In this document: positions 25,930-39,398 of the stretch, piece by piece | How the letters are laid out: each line of letters opens with the position of its first letter | Position numbering within the stretch: position 1 is the first letter of the stretch | Position numbers and translations under genes: made by a program | Notes under the pieces: model-generated | Seen by the model: only the letters and a program-made list of their open reading frames with translations | Told to the model about the DNA's origin: nothing | Databases searched by the model: none | NCBI GenBank assembly: GCA_951406725.2 | Contig: OX597816.1 | Span: forward strand, 182,218,001-182,282,000 | Reading direction: 5' to 3' | Length of the DNA: 64,000 nt | From: Octopus vulgaris | Lineage: Eukaryota

Positions 25930-26495
25930 AATATCAAGAGAAGGCTTGATGTTGTAAACATAAACAACGTGGACAATTACGTTTAAAGGCAACCCTTTAT
26001 CCGAACTCGGCATGCTTGGATTAATGAAAGTTCAGGAAGTTTCTCTTTGAAACTTTCGTCGAACGGTAGCTTGTTTGGCCAGCCATTCACACAGACAACT
26101 TTCTCTGTCAAAACGACATTAATATCGAGAGATCTTTTTCTTTTAATCTTCACTGGAAGCAGCCTCGACTCTTGACAGCATGCGAGGGTAATATTTCAGC
26201 AGTGTAGATATATATTTATAAGTGTAGGGCATAGCTGGCAAGAATGTATGCTGCCTTTCGGTTCTGCTTTTTACTTTACTGAGTCCAGTTACAAGGCGGG
26301 AAATAAGGTGACTGGTTTAGCTTGAGAAAAGATAAGAAGCTGAACAAACCCAAGGAGGAAATTGCTACTAGATATCGTAAAAAGGAGAAAAACTGAGCGA
26401 TTGGGAAGCAGTTGGCTCTTGTTTACATTGGTTGTTGCTTACAGAGAGAAAAGCAAGTTGACAATTTACTGAAACCTCTGCTCTTCAAGGTAAAT
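25930..26495 (+). promoter_or_regulatory. Candidate promoter / non-coding first exon ending at donor AAG|GTAAAT (26489/26490)
   Basis: Unique, repeat-free island with forkhead-type motifs (GTAAACA near 25953, TGTTTAC near 26420), a good donor site, and T-rich intron-like sequence downstream. Confidence 0.35.
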
Positions 26496-27447
26496 GCTTT
26501 TCATCTAATTTTCACACTAATAGTTAAGACCTATTTCACTATTAATATTTCTTAGTCTTTTTATTAAGAACTTTTTCACATTTAAATGTCTTATACTAGT
26601 CATTAAAGACTTTTTCTTTTGGTAACAAGCTTTTTTTGTGAATCTGTGAAATTCGAGTTAACTCAATAACCAAGTAAACGATCGTTAACACACACATGGG
26701 ATAAATGACGGGTGACACTCCAAGTTGAATCCCTTTTTTGCCCCCAGAATCGTCTTTGTGAGTTGCATCTTCTTTCTATATGGGATTCTACTTGTATCTG
26801 TGTCATCGCACCTTGTGTCTATAATTATGCATTTGTGTATCAGTGTTGAGCATAATATACACGTGTTTTAAAATCTAATTTGTTAGTGTGTTTCTATGTG
26901 TATGTCAATGTATATTTATTTAAATGTATATTTATTTAAATGTATTATAGTTTATTGTGTGTATTAAAGTATGTTAATTTACTGGTGTGTCTGTGTCAGT
27001 GTACAAATATGGGTACGTGTATCAAAATCTGTGTGTGTGTGTGCATGTATGTTGAAATATAATTTACTGTATTTATGTGTGTGTGTATGCACATGAAAAC
27101 TGAAATTTATTTGCTGATTATTGTGTGTGTATATGCATGTATGGATGGAAAGATAGATGTAAGTATTTGTGTGTGTGTGTGTGAATGTACGTTTAAGTTC
27201 TCCCACCCTTCGTGTTATTTATTTTTTTCTTTTCAAATTTCCTACTTAATTTCATATTTACAAGAAACTTGTAATTCACGTTATATGTCTTTTGTATTTC
27301 TCTTCCTAGAAAATATTTATAACTTCCTTTTTTATTCTCTGTTTGTGTTCATACAATATGACAATATCCATATCACCATGTCAACGATCAGTTGTCTATC
27401 CTAGTAACATCGGTTGATTAATGGAATGATGACCAGCTTGATCAAAA

Positions 27448-27561
27448 GCAAGTCTGCACACTTGTTGGACAAGTCCATCTTGCCTAACAAGTCTGCACAC
27501 TTGTTGGACAAGTCCATCTTGGGCGAAGTTTCGGTTGTCGTAGCACACGTCGTAGCACACG
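27448..27561 (+). repeat. Local tandem duplications (39-bp and 12-bp periods)
   Basis: CAAGTCTGCACACTTGTTGGACAAGTCCATCTTG occurs twice, and GTCGTAGCACAC occurs twice. Confidence 0.85.
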
Positions 27562-29667
27562 TTTCCGTCGATTTCCGTAAAAAAACTTTTATTTTTTTAC
27601 ATATGGCTTTGCGGGAATATTTGAAGTAATGAGAGCGAAAGAGACTAAGAGGAAGCGATTTTATGACGAGGGAATTTCTTTTTGAAGTCCCCGTGTGTGT
27701 GTTTGATGGGGTGTGGGAGACAGACAGTATGTTGTGTAAGTGAAGTGCTTCTGTTAGTGTGTGTGAAGAGACAGAGAGAGTAATGTGTGAAAGAGAGAGA
27801 TAACTGAAATTTTTTACTCGGTGTATGTGTATATGTATGTATCTATGTGTGTGTGTATGTATCTATGTATGTGTGTGTATGTATGTATGTATGGCCGATT
27901 CAGTGTAATTTTTTACTCGGTGTATGTGTATATGTATGTGTGTGTGTGTGTGTATGTATGTATCTATGTGTGTGTGTGTGTGTATGTGTGTGCCTACATT
28001 AATCTTTCACGTATAATCAAAGAGGGTTTTGTATTTTATAATGATCTCTTTTGCTGGTGTTGTTTAATTTTAAGTCAGACTTATAACTAAAGACCTTCCA
28101 ATCGTGATCACCTCGTCTTAAGTGTATCTAGCACTCCATTAACCTATGTTTGATCTCATACTTGTTTCAGTCATTGAACTGCGGCCATGCTGGGGCATCA
28201 CTTTGAAGGGTTTTAGTCGAACGAATCGACCCCAGAACTAATTCTTTTTATACTTATTCTATCAGTCTTTTTTTGTCGAACCACTAAGTTACGGGGACGC
28301 TAACAAACCAACACCACCTGTCAAGCGTGTCCGGTAAGTTCATCGTCATCAATTCACTGTTTTTTTTGTTGTTTTTTTCAATAAAATAGTTTTTAACTAT
28401 TTTAATGGTGAAATAACTATGGATATATTTTCTCGGTAAACTCTCCTCACGGTGAACTTGACGTGTAACACTTGTCAAGCGGTGGATATGTGTGTGTGTA
28501 TGTGTAGACTACATATAAAGCGGGCTTCTTTCAGTTTCCGTCTACCAAATGCACTCACAAGGCTTTGGCCGGCTCGAGGCTATAGTAGAAGACATTTGCA
28601 CAGGGTGCCGTGCTGTGGGAATGAACCCAGTTCCATGTGATTGCGAAGCAAGCTTCTTACCACACAGCATAAGCCTGGAATTTTTTTCTTCGATAGAGTG
28701 AAATTTGAAGGGGAATCTGACTGCGATTTCTAGCATAGGAAGTGACCACATAGGGGCAAGTGATTATTATTATTATTGTTATTATTATTATTATTATTCT
28801 GTCATGTTAATGAAACTCATCTCCATAAAACCAATGACATGAGCCTCAGCTTACAGGCATGCTCAACCTGCTAGAAATAGCTGCCAAAGCGCCCATTTAT
28901 AATCTCAGTGCTAGAATTCTCTTGATCATTAGTTTCCACAATCAGGACAGCATGTACATGGTCAATCGACTTGCTAAAAATAGTAACTTATATCCCTCAA
29001 ATTACATACTACCGTCGTAAGAAAGACATGTTGGATAAAATAATCTTTGATGTGTTATATGAAAAATGGTATGGTCACGGTTGGAACTCCTTTGATCAAA
29101 AATTGATCTGGAAATAAAACGAATTAAAGATCCCAAACGAGCTTTTAAGTAGTTGCTTGATCTACTAGAAATAGCAGTCACACCAACCATACCGTATTAA
29201 AACATTACATTGAATAATATCCTTGTATGAAAAGGTGGGATAGTCACGGCTCGAACGTCGTTGATCATGAATTGATAAACAACAAAAGCAACTAAATTTC
29301 ACATTATTCTCAGTCTACTAGAAATAGGCAAAATAACACCATACCATCCTAAAAAAGGATGCATGACGTAGTCTTGTAATACGGTATATTAAAGGAATAG
29401 ACGGGATGGTCATTGCTGGAACGTCTGCTCAGTCAGGGCTGACCTGGTGATAAACAAAAACTTGAACTCTATGGTCAATATACAGTTTTGGTCCCGAGTT
29501 TTATACATTTGGTTGACTATGGGAAATGCTATTATGAAAGACACGATGCAGGTCCTTTCTTCTAAGAAATCTTTGTATCTTGAAATTAGAAATTTGATTT
29601 CTTTTGTGGAAAGACTCCCCCCCCCATACTTTCTCCCAAATTTGTTTATTTAAAAAAGAGGTACCGG

Positions 29668-30009
29668 AAAATTGCCAAAAATCGATATCGTTAAATTATC
29701 CCCTCCCCATTCTTCAATTTTGACTTTTTCCCCAACCCTAACCCTAACACTATCTATAAGTATAGAAATTATTTTAAATTTTTGTCCGAATCATAATGTC
29801 CGTTTTTTCCGCATATTTAGAAGAAAAAAAATTCTTAAAAAAAAACTTTACAAAAATTTTTGGAAATTTTTTTCAGAATCATAATCTCCGTATTTTTCTG
29901 CATATTTTGAAAAAGAAAAAAATTTTTCTGAAAAAAGTAAAAATAAAAATAAAAATGAAGGAAATGAGGGTGGAGTGGTAATTTTAAAATGCCGATTTTT
30001 GCCAATTTT
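29668..30009. mobile_element. MITE-like element with imperfect inverted ends and internal CCCTAA repeats
   Basis: AAAATTGCCAAAAATCG...CCCCTCCCC is inverted at ~29968-30009. CCCTAACCCTAAC is near 29735. Confidence 0.45.
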
Positions 30010-31232
30010 TTTGCAGATTCGTATTCCCCGTAGCCGAAAAGTGGGGTGGTTTGTGTCGCAAAAAAAAATAAAAAAAATTAAAGAGTGAGGCGGAAGTCTT
30101 GCTTCTTTTAGTTTGATGCAGCTTCATCCCTAATTTTATTGTTCTTTGGAGAAGACATGAATAAGCTTCACAACTTCACGTTTATGTTCATTACTTTAGG
30201 ATTTAGTGCGTAATTGAGATACAGAGGAGGTAATGTTTGGCTTTTGTTCCATTGGGAGTTGATAAAATAGATATTAATTCATATGCTGGTAATTCTTGTT
30301 TGATGTTTAATCCCAGATCAACTCTGATTGAATCTTGTTTTTTTTTGTCCAAAGTAATCCAGAATCTGGATTACATTATCCAGTGTGTCTTCCTTTTTAA
30401 AATGGTAGAAGTATAGTTTGAGAATGGTTTGGTTGGTATTTTTGGTTTGTTTGCCGGTGCCATTGACTTCACTGCTTTATTTTATTGGCCCGCAGAGGGA
30501 TGAAAGGCAAAGTTGAACCTTGGTGGAATTTAAACTGAGAAAGTAAAGAACTCGCCAAAATACTGAAGACATTTGTCCAAAGCCTTAACAATTCTGCCAA
30601 TTCACTGAAAAAATAATGATGAAGCAAAATGCAGCTCTTTTCTCTGTTTTCCCTTCTCTTCTTCAACATTTTCTTTCAGATGCACATTCTGTTAATCCTT
30701 TGACCCAGTCAGTAAGGGATCAAAATTTCTATGATACTATATGTAGGGCACAAAGATCCTCTGTTCATGGTATTTGATGGAAGCTCTGTTGGAGATACTT
30801 TCATTACATTTTGAAATTTCTGTTTAATTTAGTGTAAAAAACATCAACAATATAATTAGAAATAATTATTGCAATGATGAAGAGAAGACATAAGCTCAAT
30901 GACTGTTATTAATTTAATGATTTCGTTATGTATAGGAGACAATATCAGACATGTTTCGCTTTTATTTAGATCTCCTCAGCAAGTCTTTTTATGCTACTAA
31001 CTGAAGTAAGAAGACTGGGATAGTTGCTTGAGCTCTATGACAATTATTGTTTTAATGATGTCATCACGCATAGAGCAGGCGTAGCTGTGTGGTTAAGAAG
31101 CTTGTTCTGCAACAATGTGGTCTTGGGTTCAGTCCCACTCTACTGCACTTTGGGCAAGTGTCTTCTACTATATCCCTGGGTTGGTAAATGTGAGTGAATT
31201 TGGTAGAGAGAAGCTGTGTGGAAGCCTGTCAT

Positions 31233-31267
<35 letters not shown>

Positions 31268-33134
31268 TCTTTGTGTTTGTCCCTCCCTCCAACTACTTGA
31301 CAACCGGTGTAGTTTTTTTAACATTCCCATAATGTAGTGGTTTGGCAAAAGAGACTGATAGAATATGTACTAGACTTTAAAAAAAGGTATATTCTGTAGC
31401 TGGTTTGTTTGACTGAACCCTCTAAGGTGGTGCTGCATCATGGCACATTCCAGCAATTGAAACAAGTAGGAGACAACTCCAGACATATTTCGGTTTTATT
31501 TAGATCTCCTCAGCAAATCTTTTTTTTTTATTGAACTAACCAAAGTAGTAATGAGAGTCACTAAATAGACATACAATATTGCATATAAATAAGTGTGAGA
31601 AATTGGCATATTTAAAAAATACATAGCTGAGGGTCTGACTCAAAGATGCTGTATACATGAAAAATAAAACCTTTGTATGAATATATTTAATGTAGAATGC
31701 ATTTAAAAAATCTAATTAGAAATAATTATGTTGTAAAGAAAAAATAACAATATTAGTCATTGGTCTATGTTTCAGTCTTATTGAACCTCCTCAATGAGGC
31801 ATCATAGACTTCATTAACTTACCAAGGTAGTGTTTTATAAACCAAAGAAGGAACCTCTATGTGGTTGCTTGGCAGACTAGAAATAGCAGTCAGATTCTCT
31901 TGAATCACTACCATCTTAAAGAACACATTGATTCACATGGTCCTGGGTTCTTTACGTATAAAGGGGGATGGTCATATCTGGAAGACCTTTGATCATAGGA
32001 CTGTTCTATCATGGCTAACCTGGATGCTAAATAACAACAAAAAATAAGTACTTTAAGAGTTGTCCTCCAGCTAAGTTGAGTTTCTCCTAGTAAAAATGAT
32101 TGCAATTCTCCTGTGATGAACCAACAGCTGGGTGGCTGCTCAGAGCAGGTTAGAAATGGCACAGCAGCCACTGCTGATGCTACAACTAGGGTAGGAAGAA
32201 CACAAGCGAGGTTGGTAACTAACAAACAATTTTGAGAATCATATATATGTTACCTTGTCTAATTTTGTAAAGCTGTTTTAACAATGCCATTCTGGCATAT
32301 TGGCTTTCAAGAAAACATGTGATTTCTACCAAATATTTCTTTTATAGTATTACAGTTACCATTGTTGCTGTTTAACATTGTTGTCTTAACTCCTCTCCAC
32401 CTCCTCAGTTAGGTCTGATTGAGTAAGTTTATGACTAAAAATTTACTCAGTCATGACTAAAGAAGGGCTTATATTAGGGGTTCTCAACCTATTTTTTCTC
32501 TATGGACCCCTTTGATTACTATTTTATTCTGATGGACCCTACATAGCCATTCGCTGTTAAAAATCAGTTTTATAGAAACTTCTTTCAAAATTCCTGGAGT
32601 GGCTGTGTGCTAAGTAGCTTGCTTGTGAACCACATGGTTCCGGGTTTACTCCCACTGCGTGGCACCTTGGGCTAGTGTCTTCTACTATAGCCTCGGGCTG
32701 ACCGAAGCCTTGTGAGTGGATTTGGTAGACGGAAACTGAAAGAAGCCCGTCGTATATATGTGTTTGTGTTTGTCCCCCCTCTCCAACATTGCTTGATAAC
32801 CGATGCTGGTGTGTTTACGTCCCCATAACTTAGTGGTTCGGCAAAAGTGAATGATAGAATAAGTACTAGGCTTACAAAAAATAAGTCCTGGGCTCGATTT
32901 CCTTGATTAAAGGCAGTGCTCCAGCATGGCCGCAGTCAAATGATTGAAGCAAGTAAAAGAGTATACATTAACTTGTGCAGGTAAAATGTTTAAGAAACCT
33001 GGCTGTTTCTTCTAATACTACCAATTCTTACATCTTAAGCAACATTTTTGCAGGGGCCCTTAAAATACTACTGTGGATCTTCAATTTACTAATTTGTTGT
33101 GTGGATACTCTAAAATCTTATATGGACCCTCAAG

Positions 33135-33751
33135 CAGGGCTCTGGAGTCGGAGTCTGTATAGTTTTACTGACTCTGACTCCCAGTATCTTTATCTCTCTA
33201 TATATAAACGGCAGTTTGTCTGTCTGTGTGTCTGTGTGTCTGTCAGGTTGTACCCTCACCCTGACCACGGCTTTCAACCGATTCTGATGAAACTTGACAC
33301 ACACATAGCCCAATGTCATAATTCAAAACTAACGCAGTGAAAACTTTGAAAAGTTCCCCCAGTTCTGATAAAAATCGATAAATTCGACATGGGGTCGAGA
33401 ATCAGAAACACAAACCACAGACTGTCTAGGGGACGCAACTCGACCTTTTTAACTCTCAAAAAAAATTACCATAATTTTTTTTCCATTTTTGGGCTATTTT
33501 TTGGCTATAACTCTCTAAAAATGCTTTATAGTTATTTCCCTTACAAACCCGAGCAACGCCGGGCGATACTGCTAGTTCCTTAATATAAACCAGTTGTAAC
33601 ATAGAGGCCTGCTCAAAGTACAAGTGTATGCCTATGCTTTATGGGATATGTAGACCACAATCACTTGATTATATAAAGAGGAGTCGGGGTCGGAGGTGCC
33701 AATAGTAGAGGAGTCGGAGTCAAAGTTTTTTGCTTCGACTCCACAGCCCTA
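33135..33751. mobile_element. Nested hAT MITE (GGAGTC subterminal repeats)
   Basis: Ends CAGGGCTCTGGAGTCG / CGACTCCACAGCCCTA, with 8-bp TSD CCCTCAAG / CCCTCAGG. Confidence 0.8.
33193..33575 (+). mobile_element. Non-autonomous Helitron
   Basis: A|TC 5' end, 3' hairpin plus CTAG|T, no TSD. A near-identical copy is at 42234-42617(-). Confidence 0.85.
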
Positions 33752-34450
33752 CCCTCAGGGGCCATATAGACCCTAGTTGAGAACCACTGGCTTATATGGT
33801 AAGCTGAATTAGAAAGATGTTATGTGATTCCCTCTTACTGCTCATCTTTTTAATGTTTTGTACACATAGATATTTTCTTGTATCTTTTATCTTTTTAGTT
33901 GTTACCATTCATTAGAGTGTGGCCACGCTGGGGCACTACCTTGAAGAATTTTTAGTCGAATGAATCGACCCCAGTACTTATTTTTTTAATCCTGGTACTT
34001 ATTCTATTGGTTTCTTTTGGTGAACCACTAAGTTGTGAAGATGTAAACAAACCAACACTGGTGGAGGGGACAAACACACATACAAAGACACACACACGAA
34101 AGGCAAGGCTTTGCTTGGCCTGAGGCTAAAGTAAAAACATTTGTCCAAGGTGCCATGCAACTAAAAATGCTAACATTCTATTTATTTCATCTGTGACCAT
34201 TCCAGCTTTTTCCTGGGTAGAAATAAACTCAATGCCATGTTATTCTAAGATGACAAAGCATTATTTGAGGAAGATTTGGCTGCTATTTTTAGCAGACTAT
34301 CATATCTCTAGAGACGGGCTACTGATTGCATTGAAGGACAGCCTGGGCATCATCATAGATGAAACAATACAGGATTTAGAAGATATAGAACCATTCAGTT
34401 GATGTTCTTTATTATGGAGCAAAAAAAGAGAAATAATGAATGTTACTTAA

Positions 34451-34660
34451 CCCTTTTGTTACCAACCCGACTGAAACCCCGGCTCTGAGTACAAATGTCT
34501 TGTTTTCATAAGTTTGGAATTAAAATCTTCCACCAAACCTTAGTCACAGTTTATGTTCCTAACGCTAGCTGAATGCTAAGTTATTTTACTAAATTCTTCG
34601 TTATTTAAAGTAATAGAAAGAAACAGAGAGCATCTCAAAATAAATACAGTAACAAAAGGG
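34451..34660. mobile_element. piggyBac-like MITE
   Basis: TTAA TSD and 12-bp TIR CCCTTTTGTTAC / GTAACAAAAGGG. A second copy is at 47830-48045. Confidence 0.85.
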
Positions 34661-34844
34661 TTAAGCAGTACTGAGAAGAGAAAATGTCAGCCATGGTATA
34701 TCCCATATAACTGCTTCAGCACCCCATCACTATTTAAAACAATAAACAAATAATCAAATTACAGAAATAACAATTCTATACATTATTAGTGGTTGGTATA
34801 GTTATGTATGTATATATTTATAAGAGTGAGTTGTTTGATAACAT

Positions 34845-35041
34845 ACATCATCATCATCATCGTTTAACGTCCGTTCTCCATGCTAGCATGGGCTGGACGG
34901 TTCGACCAGGGATCTGGGAAGCCAGAAGGCTGCACCAGGCTCCAGTCTAATCTGGCAATGTTTCTACAGCTGGATGCCCTTCCTAATGCCAACCACTCCG
35001 TGAGTGTAGTGGGTGCTTTTTACGTGCCACCTGCACAGTAA

Positions 35042-35093
<52 letters not shown>

Positions 35094-38000
35094 TCATCAT
35101 CATCATCATCATCGTTTAACGTCCGTTCTCCATGCTAGCATGGGCTGGACGGTTCGACCGGGCATCTGGGAAGCCAGAAGGCTGCACCAGGCTCCAGTCT
35201 GATTTGGCAATGTTTCTACAGCTGGATGCCCTTCCTAATGCCAATCACTCCGTGAGTGTAGTGGGTGCTTTTTACGTGCCACCTGCACAGGTGCCAGGCG
35301 AGGCTGGCAATGGCCACGGTCGGATTGGTGCATTTTACATGCCACCGGCACGGAAGCCAGTCGAGGCGGCGCTGGCATCGGCCACAATCCGGATAGTGCT
35401 TTTTACGTACCACCAGTCCAGGGGTCCTGGCATCTGCCGGGTGCCAGTCATAGGATTGGTTCAATTTCGATTTCCATTTCACTTGCCCCAACAGGTCTTC
35501 GCAAGCAAAGGTTGGCATGGGTGCCTGTCGTCGGATGAGGTTCGATATCGACTTCGCTTGCCTCAACAGGTCTTTGTGTGTCCAAGGGAGGAAAAGCATG
35601 CATAAGTGGGCTGGACTCACTTGTCCTGCCTGGTCTTCTCACGCACAGCATATTTCCAAAGGTCTCGGTCGCTGGTCATTTCCTCAGTGAGGCCTAAAGT
35701 TCGAAGGTCGTGCTTCATCACCTCGTCCCAGGTTTTCCTGGGTCTACCTCTTCCACGGGTTCCCTCAACTGCTAGGGATTGGCACTTTTTCACACACCTA
35801 TCTTCATCCATTCTCGCCACATGACCATACCAGCGCAATCGTCTCTCTTGCACACCACAACTGATGCTTCTTAGGTCCAACATTTCTCTCAGGGTACTAA
35901 CGCTCTGTTGAGTATACACACTGACATTACACATCCATCGGAGCATACTGGCTTCATTCCTCGCGAGCTTACGCATGTCCTCAGCAGTCACGGCCCATGT
36001 TTCACTGCCATGTAGCATGGCTGTTCGTACACATGCATCATACAGTCTGCCTTTTACTCTGAGCGAGAGGCCCTTTATCGCCAGCAGAGGTAAGAGCTCC
36101 CTGAACTTTGCCCTGGCTATTCTTACTCTAGCAGTTACACTTTCAACGCACCCACCCCCACTACTGACTTGGTCACCTAGATAACGGAAGCTATCAACTA
36201 CTTCTAGTTTTTCCCCCTGGAAAGTGACGGAAGTTGTTTTCTGCAGATTTTCAGAGTTTATTGCTCCCGAGCATGTCACATACAAAAACTATCTTCCCAG
36301 TTAGCCTTCCTTTGACATTGCTGCACCTCTTATGTGTCCATAGCTTACACTGGGTACATCTTATAGAGTTTCTACCTACACCTTTTCTACAGATCGAGCA
36401 TGGCCATCTTCCTAAAGACATTTGTGGATTGTCTACCTTCCTACTTATTAGTACTTTGGTTTTAGCACACTGACATTACACATCCACCGGAGCATACTGG
36501 CTTCATTCTAAACCCTCCTTCCACACCTGGAACTTCTCCTCCAGTTCTGATAGTGACTCAGCAATTAGAGCAAGGTCGTCAGCATAGAGGAGCTCCCAGG
36601 AGCAACCTGTCATGAATTCCTCCGTAATTGCCTGGAGGACTATGATAAATAGGAGGGGGCTGAGTACTGACCCCTGGTGGACCCCAACCTCTACTTTGAA
36701 TTCTTCTGTGTACATGTTGCCAACCCTAACCTTACTTACGGCATCCCTGTACATGGCTTGCACAGCCCTCACCAGCCATTCATCTATCCCTAGTTTCCTC
36801 ATTGACCACCAGATAAGGGATCGGGGGACCCTGTCAAAGGCTTTTTCCATGTCAACGAAAGCCAGGTACAGGGCTTATCTTTGGCTAGGTATTTCTCCTG
36901 CAGCTGTCTCACCAGAAATATGGCATCAGTGGTGCTTTTCCCTGGCATGAAACCAAACTGCATCTCGTCCAGGTTGACTCTTTCCCTAATCAGTTGGGCT
37001 ATGACCCTCTCTGTAACCTTCATTACCTGATTCAACAGCTTGATACCTCTAATTATTTGTATCTAGGGTGTCTCCTTTACCTTTGTAGCAGTTGACTAGT
37101 ATGCTGCTACGCCAGTCATTGGGTATGACTCCTTCGTGTATCACCTGGTTAACTATACGAGTGACTAGGTTATAGCCGACACTGCCAGATATTTTGAGCA
37201 TCTCTGCAGTAATTCCTGATGGGCCTGGGGCTTTCCCTGTCTTCATGCTTCTAATTGCCTTAACTACCAAAGAATTGTCAACTCGGATGGCTGGTCCCTC
37301 TGTTGCGTTGACATTCAGCAGACTCTCTTTATCCCATTCATTTTCTTTATTCAGCAACCTTTCATAATGGCATCTCCAAACCTCTCTCTTTGCATCCTCA
37401 TTTAGTGCAAGTGAACCATCATCCATGCGGACACATTTCTCTCCTCCCACATCACGATTCTCTCTCACACACTGTCTCGCAACACGAAATACCTCAAGTC
37501 TTTCATCCTCATGGCGCAGAACATTGGCAAATTTTTTCTTATCTGCTTCCCCTCTGGCTAAATAAACCTGTCTCCTAGCTTCCCTTCTGGCTGTCTGATG
37601 CAATTCCCTGCTACCACCGTTCTTCCAGTCCCTCCAAGCCTGTTTCTTTTGTCTAATAGCCCTGTCAACCACATTGTTCCACCACCACGTTACTCTGGGT
37701 CGAGATGGGACTTTGCACCATCCACAGATCTGGTTAGTGGCTGTCAGCAGATTGTCCCGTAGAAATCTCCAGTTGTCTTCCACATTTAGTGAAGCTATAT
37801 CCCCTTCTATTTCGTCAAAGGCTTCGAGTAGTATGTCTCTAAATCTCTGTCCATTTGCAGAGTCTTTAAGCTTCCAGACCCTTCTCCTCCAAGCTGGTCT
37901 TCTTCCGGGCAACCATTTAGCTCTGATCCTGAAGTCGCTAACTACTAATCTATGTTGAGGAGTACATTCTTCGCCTGGAAAGGTTTTGGCATTTATAAGC

Positions 38001-39354
38001 AGCCCTCTTTTCCTCTTTCTGGCGAGGATGTAGTCAATCTGGCTAGGGTGTCTGCCAGAACGGTAGGTGACTAGGTGAGAGGTGGGTTTCCTGAAGTTGG
38101 TATTGCAAACCATAAGGTCGTTTGCATCGCAGAACTCCAGCAGCCTGGTTCCCTCCTCATTTCGAGAGTCAAAACCGTAGCCTCCATGAATGCCATGGAA
38201 GCCCCCGACATGCCGTCCAACATGTCCATTGAAATCACCTGCCACAAAGAGAAGGTCAATGTCATTTGTCAACGAGGTAGTCCGCAATAGAATTGGTCTT
38301 TCTGTCCTTCCGGTGACCCTGGTTGAGGGGCATGTGCCGAGATGATGGTAGCTGACCTATGGTGAAGCACTAATCTAATTTTAATTACTCTGTCACTTAC
38401 TCTGACTACCTCGATTACCTTATCTACCCATTTCTCCGCAAGAAGTATACCCACGCCCCCAACCCCGTCAGTGTTCTCTGCCCAGAAAATCTTGTACCTG
38501 TGTTCCTTGCCTGTGAGGAGCCTAGCGGAACCTCCTCTCCACCTTACTTCCTGGATTTAGCATAAATCCACACGTCTTCGTTCAAGCAGCTCAACAATCT
38601 CTCCAGACCTACCTTTCAATGTGCCAACTCTGAGGGTGTGGGAGGTGTGGGCCTCTGAGACCCTGGGATGAGGGACAGCCGTGTCATGTACCTGAAAAGA
38701 AAGCTTGCATTTGGCAGATTTCATACGGAAACACTAGACTACAACCTGCATACATTTCACAGTTTTTGTGCTATATGATCAAATAAACCCTACATAGGGG
38801 TGCGGGTGGGGGATAGTCAAGTAAGACAGGTAGAAACTTCCGGTATTGGTGGAGGGGGTAAGAGGGCGGGCCCACCACGAAGGAGCAACGAGGTTGAAGA
38901 TAATTCGTAGGGAATTCTCTGCAACAAAAATTACTGAAACAGCTAGAAACTGGGATTTGAGGAAAACATAATTTAAATAAATGAAAACCGCAGTGCTAAG
39001 TCGAAAGAGAGAGACAGCGAGTCAGAGGAGGGGGGGGGTCAGAGCCTTAGAAGTAAGTAATAAATACGACACGAGGGAGAAAGAATATTTTGTAAGGAAT
39101 TCGGGGGAATGGAATAACAACGGGATAACCCTGAAAATAAAGGAGGAATTGAAAAATGCATGATCTTAGGACAGACAGGAAGCTATCAGTGCCATGTTTA
39201 CAAGATAGAGAAATAGATAATAGAGAAACGAGAGGGAAGGGGTTAGGGTTACGAATCAACGCTTAAAAATATGAATGAACAGGTTGAAACGTTAGAATTG
39301 TTTAGCTGTTCATTTTTCTGAAATCCGTGTTTTGTCAGCAAGATGGAGATCGAG
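34845..39354 (-). mobile_element. Near full-length RTE-clade LINE (APE-RT, frameshifted) with long TSD
   Basis: Motifs AGDFNGHVG, QIDYIL, GKAPGPSG, GVHQGSVLSPLLF, LYADDL, RGRGRPRKTW. (GAT)n tail, the last ~190 bp present twice (34845-35038 and from 35091), and direct repeats at 34799-34844 and 39355-39396. Confidence 0.93.
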
Positions 39355-39398
39355 TAGTTATGTATATATTTGTAAGAGTGAGTTGTTTGATAACATCT

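Larger units (their letters stand above)
32475..33789. mobile_element. hAT MITE with perfect 8-bp TSD, hosting nested elements
   Basis: Ends TAGGGGTTCTCAAC / GTTGAGAACCACTG. TSD GCTTATAT at 32467-32474 and 33790-33797. Confidence 0.85.

Noticed and set aside
29730-29750. Telomeric CCCTAA repeats
   Set aside because: Only about two units, inside a MITE-like element.
32071-32235. GC-balanced island as a coding exon (MNQQLGGCSEQVRNG...)
   Set aside because: Splice sites are ambiguous and the peptide has no recognisable homology, so support is insufficient.
33280-33300. CTGATGAAAC as a hammerhead core
   Set aside because: No stem II between CUGAUGA and GAAA. It is an internal Helitron motif.
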